From Octopus sinensis (lineage: Eukaryota): 64,000 bases of DNA. The notes under the pieces were generated by a model. It did no database searches and was not told where the DNA came from. It saw nothing but the letters and a program-made list of their open reading frames with translations. The stretch lies in assembly GCF_006345805.1 (NCBI RefSeq), contig NC_043004.1:73098001-73162000 (forward strand), read 5' to 3'. Positions 1 through 12,402 of this stretch are shown here, piece after piece; the first letter of the stretch is position 1, and every line of letters begins with the position of its first letter. Both the position numbers and the translations under genes were made by a program.

Positions 1-385
1 TCAGTATCATTAACCATACTGCATACATCGTATGGAGCATTGTTTAACAATCTGAGCATACTGCATTCTCTTCAATGTCCAAATTAGATCTTTATGCACG
101 TTGGTCCTGATGGTAGCCACAGTGAAATTAGGCAAGGAGCACTCGATTGCAGCGTCCCTGACTTGTATAGAATACGATGGCTCTAATGCACAATGCATTA
201 TTTGTACAGCATTGCTTCTGTTTCTTTCAGTTTACTAAATAGGATAATTCTAAGTACTTTTGTGGTTGTGCATCGTTTTGCTGTCTTTGGTATATTCTTT
301 GTGTCTCCTGCAAATGTTGCGAAGAAGGTGTATGGGACTTCTACGTTGTTTGTTAAATCTGGAATATGTTGGTACTGGTGATAGG
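1..385 (-). mobile_element. Degenerate LINE ORF2 fragment (post-RT region, I/Jockey-like)
   Basis: Minus-strand translation pieces (TTKVLRIILFSKL..., ATIRTNVHKDLIWTL) loosely resemble the K(F/Y)LG.TLD.KL / .RTLY..FIRP.LEY region of LINE RTs; stops and frameshifts present. Confidence 0.35.
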
Positions 386-394
386 GTAATGAGC

Positions 395-610
395 TTCTAG
401 GGATGATACTCATTCTGGTGGGTAGTGGTAGCGGTTGTAGTGGTGATGGTGCTTGTGGTGGTAGTGGTAGTGGTGGTGATAATAGCAGTAGAAGTGGTGG
501 TAGCGGTAGCGGTGGCGGTGGTGGCGGTGGTGGGGGTGCTTGTGGTGGTGGTGGTAGTACTGCTGCTTGCTTGTGGTGATGCTTGTGGAAGTAGCGGCGG
601 CGGTGATGGT

Positions 611-642
<32 letters not shown>

Positions 643-745
643 TGGCGCTTGTGGTCGTGGAAGTAGCGGCGATGGTGATGGAAGTGGCGACGATAGCGTT
701 GGCGGTCTGATAGCGATAACAATGATAATGCAGTTATTTCCAAAA
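395..745. repeat. (GTG/GGT/GGC)n trinucleotide low-complexity tract
   Basis: Direct reading; source of the poly-His/Pro and poly-Val/Gly ORFs. Confidence 0.9.
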
Positions 746-1162
746 TAGGTCGCACCAGCCGCACCGTAAAGAAGCTTATGGCGATTGTGGAGGTTTGCGG
801 TGTTTTACGAGAAATCGATTGCTAAAACGTTAAAATTAAGAGATAATCTCATAAAAGAACTCAACGTAAGTCTAAGAGCAAAACAACAAGGTGAGCAGAT
901 AGTAAAACATTGTTGAGGAATACTGTTTCAAGCCAACTAAATTGGTTGTTTACAACAAACTCTGTGACCGAGTAAGAAAGCAAACCTCTGCAGCAATAGC
1001 TCTCAATCAATTTTTACCTACATCCCTCTGTCATTCCTGGTTTACTCGGACAGACTCTCACAGCCATTCAATGCTCAAAAATCCTGTTATATTTTTATAA
1101 TTAAATGTTATTATGAATTGTATAAAGAACTGTTAGATTATTTTGTGTATTGTAGCAGTGTA

Positions 1163-2125
1163 CCGTAAATCCTCGAGTATAGTCCGCCCTTGAGTATAAT
1201 ACGCAAGGGATTTTTAGGGGGCTGTACCTCTGAAAAAACCTAGCCTTCTGTATAACACGCACCCCTTTTCTAACAAGGAGGTCTATATAACGTCCTTGGT
1301 TTGTAAAAATGTATACGGTAACGTCCTTTATCATTGCGTTCTTGCCTTCTTTATCTTTGGCATCTGTTTAATTTCATCTTTATTTCTTCTCCGTAACCTG
1401 ACATTGCTTTTGTCAACATCAAATTTTCTTCCGGCGGCCCTATTACCATGCTCTTCAGCATATGATATAACTTCAAGTTTAAACATAGCTGAATAAGATC
1501 TACGAGGCATTTTATGGGCATGTAATGTATAAAATGTTTTATTGGAGATTAATGTACAGGTTTAAGTCCCGCTTATAAAAAACCCTAGTAAAGACACACA
1601 GTAGTTTAAATATTTAATACTGGTATTTAATTAAGTATCTATTGTTTGCCACGGTAACGATGCAAACTGCCAATACAAACAGCAAGATGAACTATTTAGC
1701 GCTAAACTATTAAGCACAATTCGTGCGTAATTAAGCCAGCAGCACCTAGTCGAACAAACACTTCCGCGCATGCGTAATACAATAATGGGGATGTACTTAA
1801 CTGTTATATGGGAATGTAAATATGTTTGCAAATTGGTTTTGTTACATGTTATTCTGCGTTCTAAATACTTTTATTTTAATAAATGTTGCTTACTGCGAAT
1901 TATGGATGATTCTTTTATGACTTCATTGCTTTCAGGCTTAGCTTAAGGTATTTTCGTGCCCGAATTCACAAAATGCGTCTGAATAAACATTGCCGATCAG
2001 CAAATAGAGACTCGGACATTGCTTAGAAAATATTTTTCATTTTTAACCTCGAATATAATACGCACTAGGGATTTTGACCCTTAAATTTTGGGAAAAAAAT
2101 AGGGATTATACTCGAGGAATTACGG
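1163..2125 (-). mobile_element. Non-autonomous Tc2/pogo-like (TcMar) DNA transposon, internally deleted
   Basis: TIRs CCGTAAATCCTCGAGTATA (1163-1181) / TATACTCGAGGAATTACGG (2107-2125, 1 mismatch); TA target duplication at 1161-1162 and 2126-2127; residual transposase N-terminus inside. Confidence 0.9.
1331..1510 (-). CDS. 59-aa transposase N-terminal DNA-binding (Brinker/pogo-type HTH) mini-ORF
   Basis: Hand translation: MPRRSYSAMFKLEVISYAEEHGNRAAGRKFDVDKSNVRLRRRNKDEIKQMPKIKKARTQ*; matches the RRSY..FKL.V..YAE..GNRAA.RKF.V..SNVR pattern of Tc2/POGK-type DNA-binding domains; below the 60-aa ORF-track cutoff. Confidence 0.75.
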   Translation of the reverse strand: MPRRSYSAMFKLEVISYAEEHGNRAAGRKFDVDKSNVRLRRRNKDEIKQMPKIKKARTQ

Positions 2126-2127
2126 TA

Positions 2128-2212
2128 ATTAGTTTATTGCACATAAAATTTTAACAACAAAATCGTCTGTAGATCCCTAATGGCCATATGGACCCCAGTT
2201 GGAAACCACTAC
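2128..2212. mobile_element. Terminal remnant of hAT-type MITE (related to the 30132-30461 element)
   Basis: CCATATGGACCCCAGTTGGAAACCACTA resembles the reverse complement of CAGTGGTTCTCAACCGGGGTCCATAT. Confidence 0.5.
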
Positions 2213-2329
2213 TCTACAGGGTCGGTCTAGTCTACCAGCTAAAGACTGAAAAAGTTCACATACTGCCGTCATTTAAAAAGGAGGACATGTTGAATAATGT
2301 AGTTCCAGATACAATATGTCTAAAGTAAA

Positions 2330-2640
2330 ATGACGAGATGGTCATGGCTGGAACATTGCTAAACATAGAACAGCCTAAACTTGGAATGATCCAACGATTA
2401 CCCAAACTCCTATGATATATTTAGAAAAATGACTGGATGGTCATGGCTGGAATGTTTTTGACCATTGGAGAGCCAAGGATAATCCTACAGTAGGGCATCT
2501 AGAATAACTCAAGAAAAATAGCTAGATAGTCATGGCTGGAGCACTTTTGATCATAGAACTGTCTAGGACAATCCTAGGACAACTGTAACATACAAGGCAA
2601 CTCAAGAAAAGTGGCGAGAGGATCCAGGCTGGAACAGCTT
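2330..2640. repeat. Degenerate ~90-100 bp tandem repeat with core GATGGTCATGGCTGGAA (4 units)
   Basis: Cores at 2337, 2436, 2525, 2621; related reverse-complement pieces near 5450 and 21680. Confidence 0.65.
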
Positions 2641-3224
2641 CGTTAGTTTCCCGGATTCTAGCGCTTTTCTAAGGAAAACTTCGAGCTTCTTCCTTTATCC
2701 GCATCTTGTTACATTAAACCGAACTTTTACAAAAGTGGAATAAGCAAATGAACATCTTTCCCCCTTACTTTGAAAAAAGAGATGACATACTAGTTTAAGT
2801 AGTCCCGGATGTATGCTGCTTAAAAAACGACTAGATTGTCATGACTTAAGCGTCCTTAATCATTGATCTGTTCAATCTGATGTGAGCTTAACAATAAGAG
2901 TAACATCACAAATACCCAGCAGCAACTACAACAGTAATAACGAGAAAAGCGACGGCAACAACAGTAGCAGTAACTATGAGAAGTCTGTACTTCATAGATC
3001 AATCCTCGTTTATCACGGTGGTTGGGAGTGAGCAAAAACAAATGGGGTGATAAATGAATCATCTCCCCATATTTTGTTAATGGAACAAATAGCAAATTCA
3101 TTGACACCGAATTCGCTGCGAAGCTTTCACTGTCACGTATTTTTTTTTATATCATCTCTAGCTTTTTTTATACAGCATACACTCGACTGTGTCTTTTGTA
3201 GGATCAGGTGCCTTCGTATTTTTT

Positions 3225-3518
3225 CTGTTTTATTTATTTATACGCCCTTTTCAAGCCTAGCCAGGTTCATGGGCCCGGTTTCCCCCAGCTGGACGGGACG
3301 CCAGTCCATCGCAGAGCTACTCAAGAAACAGAAAGAAGGAGTGAGAGAAAGTTGGAGCGAAAGAGTACAACAGGGGTCTCCACCAGCCCCTGTCGGAGCC
3401 TCGTAGCGCTGTAGGTGTTTTCGCTCAATAAACACACACAATGCCCGGTTTAGGAATCGAAACCGCGATCCTCCGACTGCGAGTCCGCTGCCCTAACCAC
3501 TGGGCCAATGCGCCTCCA
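3225..3518 (-). mobile_element. tRNA-derived SINE (family C); related copies 37418-37698(-), 54141-54450(+), 54728-54850(+), 56314-56530(+), 57516-57810(+)
   Basis: Minus-strand head TGGAGGCGCATTGGCCCAGTGGTTAGGGCAGCGGACTCGCAGTCGGAGGATCGCGGTTTCGATTCC with pol III A/B boxes; body shared with the 37.5 kb copy. Confidence 0.8.
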
Positions 3519-3914
3519 TTTTTTCCTGTTGCCTGTACGTAAATCTATATATAAAAGAAATACGGAGCCTCGCAGCACGTTGATGTAAACATAAGCGATA
3601 GTCAATGCATTTTGAGAAACTGAACATTGTGGGTGGTCGTTTGGGGCAGGTTCATAGTTGTACAAGATAACGACCGGCGTTATCAAAGACTGATCTGTGA
3701 TAAGCGCACTGTTTTATTCTGGATCAGCGATAAATAAATCAGTGATGAACGAGGCTACACGTATTTTTTTGATATCCCTTTATCTAGATCTCTGTGTTTA
3801 GATAAGGACAAAACTCTTCCATGATAACATTTTCTCATATCGTCTTGCCATATAGAACATACCTTTGGTGTAATAACTTTCATTGATTGATAACAAAAAT
3901 CAGCAGGACTGGTA

Positions 3915-3944
3915 TTGTTGTTCTTCTTCTTCTTCTTCTTCTTC

Positions 3945-4010
<66 letters not shown>

Positions 4011-4021
4011 TATTATTATTA

Positions 4022-4052
<31 letters not shown>
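3915..4052. repeat. (TTC)n(ATT)n microsatellite
   Basis: Direct reading. Confidence 0.95.
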
Positions 4053-4765
<713 letters not shown>

Positions 4766-5150
4766 TAGTTCTATTTTTATAGCGTGCTTTCACTTCACTA
4801 CCGAGCGCAGCTCTGTGTGCCTTGGGTATGTGCTGTGATTTGTTGTGATGCTCTGATGGTTATTGTATGGAAAGTGTTCTGCGTAGGATGTGTGCAGTGC
4901 CTAGTAGTGCAATTTTCTGTATGTTATATGTGTTTGTAAGTCCTGGTGTTTTTGTTATGTATTTGTCTGAATATTTTTTATCATGCCTAATGCACCTACT
5001 ATGATAGGAATTGTTTCTGTTTTCAGATTCCACATTCTAGTTACCTCTATTTCCAGGTCTTTGTATTTGAGAGTTTTCCATTTCTTTTAGAGAACGTTGT
5101 CATCTGCCGGTATTGATACATCAATTAGAAAGCATTTTTTTTCTTCATGA
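4766..5150 (-). mobile_element. 5'-truncated R4/Dong-like non-LTR retrotransposon 3' end (RLE C-terminus + 3'UTR + (AAT)n tail)
   Basis: Frameshifted minus translation KKCFLIDVSIPADDN...KYKDLEIEVTRMWNLKTETIPIIVGALGMIKK...IQKIALLGTAHILRRTLSIQ* (stop 4860-4862); homologous to the C-terminus at 38.5 kb; (ATT)n on both sides. Confidence 0.85.
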
Positions 5151-5167
5151 TCTCTATTATTATTATC

Positions 5168-5249
<82 letters not shown>

Positions 5250-5619
5250 CATTATTATTATCATTATTATTATTGTTATTATTATTATTATTATTATAAT
5301 TATTATTATTATCATTATTATCATTATTATTATCATTATTATTATTATTACTATTATTATTATTATTATTTTCTTCTTCCGAATAGATATGCTATTACTG
5401 TTGTTGCTATTCAGGTCTCAAGTTCGCTCTGATGGAACTGACTAAATTATCAAAGACATTCTAGCCGTGACCATTCTGTGTTCGATTTAGAGAGGAATTA
5501 TCTAGGAATACATTACGCAAGATTTTTAAGACGGGAAAGTGTTAGTCATTTAACGAAGATAGAGAGACAGCAGAGAGGTTCCTACCCCGTTGCATTGTAC
5601 ACAAACTCACAAACACACA

Positions 5620-5639
5620 CACAAACACACACACACACA

Positions 5640-5717
<78 letters not shown>

Positions 5718-6009
5718 CACACGTATACAACATACATACTAATTCAGCTATATATATATATATATATATGTATATTAGTATGTTTATTGTATACGTATCG
5801 CATTTAATATACATATATATATGCATATATATGTAATATGTATGTGTTTATATATATGTACATGTATATATATGTGTGTGTGTGTATAATATATATGTAT
5901 GTATATATATATATTTACATATATATACGCATATATACACATGTATATGTTTATTGAATACGTATAGTATTTATATACATACACACACACATATATATAT
6001 ATATGCATG

Positions 6010-6043
<34 letters not shown>

Positions 6044-6630
6044 ATATATGTATATTAGTATGTTTATTGTATACGTATCGCATTTAATATACATATATAT
6101 ATGCATATATATGTAATATGTATGTGTTTATATATATGTACATGTATATATGTGTGTGTGTGTATAATATATATGTATGTATATATATATATTTACATAT
6201 ATATACGCATATATACACATGTATATGTTTATTGAATACGTATAGTATTTAATATACATACACACACACATATATATATATATGTATGTATATATATATA
6301 TATGTATGTATATATATATATTTACATATATATACGCATATATACACATGTATATGTTTATTGAATACGTATAGTATTTATATACATACACACACACATA
6401 TATATATATATGCATGTATATATATATATTTACATATATATACGCATATATACACATGTATATGTTTATTGAATACGTATAGTATTTATATACATACACA
6501 CACACATATATATATATATAATATATATATATATATGCATGTATATATATATATATACAGACACACGTATACAACATACATACATACATACTACATACAT
6601 ACATACTACATACATACATACATACACAGA
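5620..6630. repeat. Compound (CA)/(TA) microsatellite with higher-order duplicated blocks
   Basis: Block beginning TGTATATTAGTATGTTTATTG at ~5769 and ~6049; sub-block TTTACATATATATACGCATATATACACATG at 5914, 6192, 6321, 6429. Confidence 0.85.
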
Positions 6631-7516
6631 AACACTGGTGAGCATTGTGTTATTTTGATAGTCGTAGTTTTACAATTCTGACAACGTTTCTAAAACTGAA
6701 TAATGTTTCTCATTGTTGCTCTCTCTAACTTTTACTATCAAACAAAACGTATTGAAGAAAGAAAAACATAGACAGACCAGCAAATAGGTACCACTTGAAA
6801 ATACTTTCACAGAAGACAGACAACTTTTATCAGAAGATATTTACGAGCATAGTTTCTTGACATCCAAGAAAGCCTTTCAAATTGTAGCTAAAATTATGGA
6901 TTAAATCTAACGTGTCCACCTATTCATAAATTGCTAAAACACACATATTCGTGAGTGAGTGTGTGTATTTTTACATTCCTAAAATACATACATGCATACA
7001 TACATTCATACATACGTACACACATATACATACATACATACATACATATGTATATAACAAATGATAGAAACGGAAAATGGAATATACGACTAAACTGTAT
7101 TGCTCACAACGATCGTTTTGGCCCATTTTGCATCGAAACCCTCGCGGGTGGGATACTTTACAACTGGTTGTGGTGCATCCTTCGATGTAAAAGTGTCTCA
7201 TCAGGTGATTTTACAACGGGTATCTCGCTAAATAAATCCTGTTTCGCTCGGTCTTACTGCAGCATGTTGTTAGTGACTAGATTTTAACTCTTGGATAGGA
7301 ACGGCGGGGGACAAATTCCGTTGCAAGATCATAAACGGCTGTCTACATGTATTTAACAGTGAATGTGTGTATGTGTGTGTGTGTGTGTGGTGTGTGTGGT
7401 GTGTGTGTGTGTGTGTGCGTGCGCGCGCGCGCAATTAAGGCCTCCGTAAATTAGAAAGTGTTGAATATAACGCTAACCAGAGCAGGAATCGAATCGCATA
7501 ATATCAATGTATAGTA

Positions 7517-7860
7517 TACTATTGTTTTCAAACTATGGCATAAAGCCAGCAATTTCGGGGGAGAGGATAAGTTTATTGCTTCGATCTCAGTATTCAACTG
7601 CTATGTCAACCCCGAAAAGATGAAAGACCTCGGTCGAATTTGAGCTCAGAACGTAAGGATGGAGGAAATGAGGCTAAAAAACTTTGCCCGGCACGCTAAC
7701 AACTTTGCCAGTACAGTGCCTTAATGTATGGTATAATACTGATTTCAAATTTTGGCTCAAGACCAGCAATTTCGGAGGGGGTGCAGGTAAGTCGATTGCA
7801 TCGGACCCAGTGTTTGACTGGTACTTATTTTATCTCACCTGAAAAGATGAAAGGCAAAGT
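7517..7860 (-). mobile_element. Two degenerate family-B (Nin/Deu-domain-like) SINE copies
   Basis: Match to the GAAAGGATGAAAGGCAAAGTCGACCTCGGCGGAATTTGAACTCAGAACGTA consensus seen at 17, 20, 41 and 55 kb. Confidence 0.7.
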
Positions 7861-7946
7861 ATGGCGCACATAAACGAAAATAAAATTTATATATTACTGC
7901 TCGCTTGACAGATGACTTTGCAAGGTAACTATTCTATATAGATTTA

Positions 7947-8512
7947 TTGGGTTGTCCAGAAAGTTCGTGCCGATTTTTAAAGGAAAGAAAAAGATCAATA
8001 AATACTTGCCATTACATTTTTAATCAACTAAATATGAACCATTTTGTTGCACAATGCGTCTCCATCTTTCCTTTAACTTGAAAATACCCTCTTCCCAGAA
8101 TTGAGGTGGTTTCATGGCAAACAATTCATCAAGGTATCTTTTTACATCATCCAAAGAATTGAAATTTTTACCATTAAGACTATTCTGCAGAGACCTGAAT
8201 AAGTGGAAATCTGAAGGAGCAATATCTGGTGAATATGGAGGGTGGGGTAACACATCCCAGCCGAGCTGCAGCAATTTTTGTCTGGTTCCCAAAGCATCAA
8301 GTGCCGAAAATGAACTTTCTTATCTTCCATTTTAAAGGGTTACAGAATTAACACAGGTTATAGGAACATAAACCTTCTTCCTCGAAAAGATAGCTTAAAC
8401 TGTGCTCTAAATGGAGGTGTAGTCAAATCCTATTCCATGGACTCAACCATGTCCTAAAATAAGTCGAAAGGTAAGCTACTATAAATCGGCGCGAACTTTC
8501 CGGACAACCCAA
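7947..8512 (-). mobile_element. Internally deleted mariner (DD34D-type) element
   Basis: 30-bp TIRs TTGGGTTGTCCAGAAAGTTCGTGCCGATTT / AAATCGGCGCGAACTTTCCGGACAACCCAA (2 mismatches), TA on the left; N-terminus MEDKKVHFRHLMLWE joined to C-terminus ...LGWDVLPHPPYSPDIAPSDFHLFRSLQN... carrying the YSPD(I/L)APSD motif. Confidence 0.95.
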
Positions 8513-8761
8513 AATAAAAAATTGCCCTCGGTTCCATTAATTTTAATATCAGATAATATGATTTTGATGAGATAGGGCTTTTGTACCTACTATTAAAGGA
8601 GAAAGAGCGGCTCCAAACTCCATGAGAGCTTTATCAAGATGACGTGCTCGATATACTTCGATGTTCTTCAATTGGATCAAATAAAAATGGTCCTTTGTTC
8701 GCTCTTTAAAAACTATGGCTTTAAAGTAACAACCGCTCTCACACATAACATTGTAGTCGCA

Positions 8762-8999
8762 TACTTGTTTCAGTCATTTGACTGTAGTCATGCTGGAGCA
8801 CCGCTTTGAAGGGTTTGGGTCGACCAAACCGACCCTAGGACTTATTTTTTGAAGCCTGTCACTTATTCTATCGGTCTTTTATGTCGGACTATTAAGTTAC
8901 GGGGACGTAAACACACCAACGCCGGTTGTCAATCAGTGGTGGGGCCAAACACAGATACAGAGAAACACACACACACACACACACACATAATATATATAT

Positions 9000-9060
<61 letters not shown>

Positions 9061-9221
9061 CGGCCTTCTTTCAGTTACCGTCTACCAAATCTACTCACAA
9101 GGCTTTGGTCGACTCGAGGCTATCGTAGAAGACACTTGCCCAAGATGCCATACAGTGGGACTGAAATCGGAACCATATGGCTGAGAAGCAGGCTTCTTGC
9201 CACACAGCCACGCCTGCGCCT
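8762..9221 (-). mobile_element. tRNA/CORE-like SINE family A with internal (CA)n(TA)n; further copies 19817-20217(+), 24540-24688(+), 26487-26823(-), 27861-27967(-), 29794-29957(-), 31823-31953(-), 34353-34505(-), 42984-43392(+), 45800-45950(-), 46004-46088(-), 46863-47029(-), 48034-48469(-), 59684-59818(-), 61338-61449(+)
   Basis: Recurrent head GGCGTGGCTGTGTGGTAAG...GGTTCAGTCCCACTGCGTGGCACCTTGGGCAAGTGTCTTCTACTATAGCC and tail GGTGCTCCAGCATGGCCGCAGTCAAATGACTGAAACAAGTA. Confidence 0.9.
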
Positions 9222-9261
9222 TTTTATTCGTACCATAAACAAAATTAAACTGGCGAATTTG

Positions 9262-10108
9262 TATGAATATGTTATCTAATCCTCCTAAAATTATTATTAA
9301 TAATATGTTTAAAAACTCACCCATAAAATTCTTTGAACTTTCAGTCAATGAATCTTTTAATAACGTTGATACTTATAATGACGTTCTGACGAAAAGAGGA
9401 TTCACTAAAAAACTAAAATGTTGAGTAAATACCAATATTTACAACCAAAAATATATACAAATTTGGAAACTGAAACATATTTTGATTTAATCTGCCCTTT
9501 AATATAAAAGTGAAAACTTTAATAAAAAATACTCTTTTTAGAATATTAATAAAATATTTCCCTTCATAAGTGTCACCAAATTTTCAACAAACTTTCAAAA
9601 TTTTCCATCAAACTTTCATATTCCGCTACACTAAACTTTGCTGATATACTTGTGTTTTTCTATTCGGATAAACTTTAAAAGTTATACATCAATACAGCTG
9701 ATAGTAACTCTAACTGTAGAAATATAAAAACTCACCAAATGAAGTCAAATTTTATGCCAAAAATATTGTTTACCTATACAATAAAAGTAAATAATAGTGA
9801 CAAATATATGTAAAATTCATAGCAAATCTGTTCAAAATACGTAGTAACCATATAAGAACACATTTCTTAAAATTAGTAGAAGCACAGATATTTCATTGTC
9901 AACTTGTATATGGTAATTAAGAAATAAATATCAGCATTACAGCATAAAATGGAATAGGATAGTGATAGTTTATGCATACAGCAAGCATAAAATACCATGA
10001 TAGCTTTGCACAAACGAAACGTATAAAATTTCATATACTAAGAGACCGATAATAAACAGACATTCAGAAAGAACATTGACTTGAAGACGTAGAACCTCGT
10101 TCACACTA
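9262..10108 (+). pseudogene. Decayed Penelope-like element ORF C-terminus (RT thumb/linker + GIY-YIG endonuclease)
   Basis: Hand translation across frameshifts: LSNPPKIIINN...YNDVLTKRGFTKKL; I*FNLPFNIKVKT...KYFP; HKCHQIFNK; LSYSATLN; NCRN...AKNIVY; FKIRSNH; LSTCIW*LRNK...YSIKW...LCTNE...INRHSE. This follows the order of conserved PLE motifs (SNHPP, WFNPP, SYS, CNC, IVY, YIG/FK.R..NH, LS.YIW.LK, LC..EK, LN.RSE). Confidence 0.75.
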
Positions 10109-10433
10109 TTTATTTGCTGCTTGCTCACTTTGTCTATCTGTCTCTTTCACATTCTTAACTATTTGTCTATCTCTTTTACACACTGTCTGTTCCTACCTAT
10201 CTAGCTATCTCTTTCACATCTTATCTATTTGTCCCTTACTCTAGTGTATCTTAGTTTAACGTGCATTATTAGATTCACTGTATTTAAAAAAAAACCTGTA
10301 TATGTGTTTATATATATATGAGATAATAAAGTTATGTGTGTATGCATCCATATAGTTATGAAGTATGTGGATGCATGCATGTATTCTCGTGCATACATTT
10401 TAATATTATATACATATATATGTGCATATACAC

Positions 10434-10472
10434 GCACAGACAGACAGACAGACAGGTAGACAGACAGACAGG

Positions 10473-10545
<73 letters not shown>
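10434..10545. repeat. (CAGA)n(GATA)n microsatellite
   Basis: Direct reading; 3' flank of the Tx1-like element. Confidence 0.95.
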
Positions 10546-10547
<2 letters not shown>

Positions 10548-10955
10548 GTTTCTTTATTGGCCACACAGGGCTGCACACAGATGGGACAAGTTACAAGGTA
10601 GAGCTTTTCTTTTGGGGATGAAGAAAAAAAAAGATGGCGTAGGTTTTCGATCAAGAGCGATCGTAAAAAAAAGGGAAAAAAGAACAAAAAAAGAAAAGAA
10701 AAAAGGAAAAAAAGGAAAAGGAACAAAAGAAAAGAAAAATGAAAAAAGAAGGAAAAAAGGGGGAAAAAGGGAAAAGGAAAAAAAAGATCAATAGGGATCG
10801 TGTATCACAGTGTTATGATATATGGTGTAAAGGGGAAAGCAAGTAAGGTTTATCCGTGGGAAGAAAAGCCTACGAAAAAGACCACGGTAACCTTGGTCAA
10901 TATTGTTACCACATTTGTTTGCAAGTGGGTAACCCTCTGTTTTCAATTTCTGGGT

Positions 10956-12358
10956 TCATAGGATTATAGTCAAGGTGGCTTCGTCATTCATACGTGCCAT
11001 CCTTGCTGCATTCACCCATCTTTTTTTAAAACGTTCGCTAGACAAAACTTGCCTCTCTACTCTCACTTTCCTTTTCAAGTGGTACTTGAAGAAGTTGATG
11101 AGAGATTGACCAGAGAGGAAAGTGTTTGTCTCCAATCCTTTCAGACGCGTCCACCAGATACATTCTTTCGCCATAACCACAAGGATGATGAAAATAGCTC
11201 TTCCTTCCCGTTTGAAGGAAGGAGGCGTGACAATATTGACGATAGACTCAGCTGATAAACCGACTCGTCCCACACGTGACAGCAGTTGTTCGACATAAGC
11301 CCACAGGTCGGAAATTGTTGGACACTGCACGAGTGCGTGCAGAACGGTTTCGTCGCTCTGACCGCATCTCGAGCAGGTCGGCCCCGTGTTTCTCGAGCTG
11401 TGTCTGTAGAGCTTATCCCGAACGGGTAGCGCTTCTCGGTAGCACTGCCAGGCCAGGGACCTCTGGAAGTTGTCCATGGGCCCTGGCCCGAAGGTCGTCC
11501 CGAACAGGCGGGTCAGGTATTCCTCGTTGACGTCCAGGTTCGCCCCGAGCTCGTCGTCGTACCTCCCCTCCACTAATCCCCTATAGAATGCTTTGGTTGT
11601 GATGGAGTCACTCAAGGTTGACCCAGGACGGCAGAGTTGCTTGAGAGCAACGCGACACTCGCAGTGCCATTCGCCCTTCCTCGGCCTCTTTTTGATCCAT
11701 GATTGCAGTTCGGTCATGGAGACGAGCTGCGGGAAAGCGTGCCTCACAAACGGCGACCACACCTGTTCACCGTCGTCTACGAAGAGCCTGAGATGTCGCA
11801 GTCTCAGCGCGTGTCTGCGCATCATCAACCACGGCATGCCTAGTCCTCCTTTTAACGGGTGTTGACAGCAAATGGATCGCCTGACCATCGGGACGCATCC
11901 TTTCCACAAGAAGCGAAAGAGAATGCGTTCTAGTTTGGTGATGGTAGGGTCGGGACAAGGCACGACGGTCAGGCGGTAGTAGATGACGGACGTGATGTAC
12001 GTGTTCGCCATCTCCGCCCTTTTAGGGACAGTTTCCTCTCGGCCCATTGCCCGGCGAGAGTGACCACCCTACTCGTTATCAGTCTACCCTCCGGGTCTAC
12101 GAATATTGTCTTTACATTGAGATCCAGACTCTTGCGAAAAGGTACCGCGGTGCCACTACCGCCCATTCTTGGCAGACAGGGGGAAAAATGAATGTTGAAC
12201 TGTCCGCCAAACATGGTCTTTAGGGCCCGTGGATTGTGGAGTCTGGTTTCACTTATGGCTATGATTTCTAACTTATGTGACTTTATGTCATTTAAGAGGT
12301 ACCCTTGTTTCCAAGGGGACCCCAAGCCACGCGCATTTACACAACCAATCTTGATCAT
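10956..12358 (-). pseudogene. Tx1-like ORF2 remnant: APE N-terminus fused to post-RT region and zf-RVT
   Basis: MIKIGCVNARGL...IIAISET...DPEGRLI joined in frame to TSRVVTLAGQWAERKLSLKG; frameshift near 12020; then FLWKG...GGLGMP and LPVRDKL...CSRCGQSDETVLHALVQC; no YADD-type RT motif present. Confidence 0.85.
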
Positions 12359-12402
12359 AATCCTAATGAATTAGAATACAAGTGAAAGGAACAGAGGGTT
12401 AC

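Noticed and set aside
6971-7345. Cys-containing minus-strand ORF (MRHFYIEGCTTTSCK...) in a unique island
   Set aside because: No recognisable motif, runs into (TATG)n, and has no convincing splice signals.
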